This document shows, piece by piece, positions 63,501 to 64,000 of a DNA stretch of 64,000 bases; positions within the stretch are counted from its first letter, which is position 1, and every line of letters begins with the position of its first letter. The stretch lies in contig NC_057720.1 in assembly GCF_004010195.1 (NCBI RefSeq), positions 15,209,911 through 15,273,910 on the forward strand, read 5' to 3'. The DNA is from Chiloscyllium plagiosum (Eukaryota). The notes beneath the pieces are model-generated. The model did no database searches. It was not told the DNA's origin and worked only from the letters and a program-made list of their open reading frames with translations. The translations under genes and the position numbers were made by a program.

Positions 63501-64000
63501 ACCAGTGAGCCTGACGTAGGTAGTGAGCAAGTTGTTGGAGGGAATCCTGAGGGACAGGATGTACATGTATTTGGAAAGGCAAGGACTGAATAGGGATAAA
63601 AATGTGTTGCTGGAAAAGCGCAGCAGGTCAGGCAGCATCCAGGGAATTCTCCTGTTCCCTGGATGCTGCCTGACCTGCTGCGCTTTTCCAGCAACACATT
63701 TTCAGCTCTGATCTCCAGCATCTGCAGACCTCACTTTCTCCCCATTGAATAGGGATAGTCAGCATGGCTTTGTGCGTAGGAAATCATGTCTCACAAACTT
63801 GATTGAGTTTTTTGAAGAAGTAACAAAGAGGATTGATGAGGACAGAGCAGTAGATGTGATCTATCTGGAATTCAGTAAGGCATTCAACAAGGTTCCCCAT
63901 GGGAGACTGGTAAGCAAGGTTATATCTCACGGAATACAGGGAGAACTAGCCATTTGGATACAGAAATCAAAAGAGAAAATGCTGGAAAATCTCAGCAGGT
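60560..64000 (+). mobile_element. Near full-length CR1 LINE (5'UTR, ORF1 zinc finger + SGNH esterase, ORF2 APE + RT), disrupted; 5' boundary approximate
   Basis: ORF1 CASCLMWE...YICNKC and IVFGDS/VHIGTND/DGLHLN; ORF2 WDIIAITETWL, GGGVA, MVGDFNFPNIDW, SDHN, NYRPVSLT; stops and frameshifts present; runs off the window. Confidence 0.95.
63599..63745. mobile_element. Family-A fold-back mini-element lacking the ribozyme core, inserted in CR1 ORF2
   Basis: Perfect inverted arms; TSD TGAATAGGGATA at 63587-63598 and 63746-63757. Confidence 0.88.

Overview
Eukaryotic, repeat-rich vertebrate genomic DNA with several assembly gaps. The repeat set (HE1-type tRNA-derived SINEs, CR1 LINEs, Penelope-like elements) points to a shark or other cartilaginous fish (inference). 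Two plus-strand host genes are present. The first is a complete two-exon LRRC8/VRAC-family gene (3560-3697 + 16829-19150, about 819 aa) that does not match any single mammalian paralog. The second is the 5' part of ZNF326 (ZIRD/DBIRD, AKAP95 family), with a CpG island and a 34-bp G-rich tandem array at its likely promoter. The most striking non-gene signal is at least four distinct Penelope-like (GIY-YIG) families. Each carries a minimal hammerhead-ribozyme motif (CUGANGA-stem II-GAAA-palindrome-UH). Each has spawned fold-back insertions of about 130 bp to 2.3 kb, with 10-15 bp target-site duplications and a roughly 30-40 nt unpaired tail; in several, the ribozyme motif lies on both strands. 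Also present: a near full-length CR1 with an esterase-type ORF1, a solo LTR, Gypsy remnants, a MITE-like inverted repeat, and local templated insertions inside CR1 copies.
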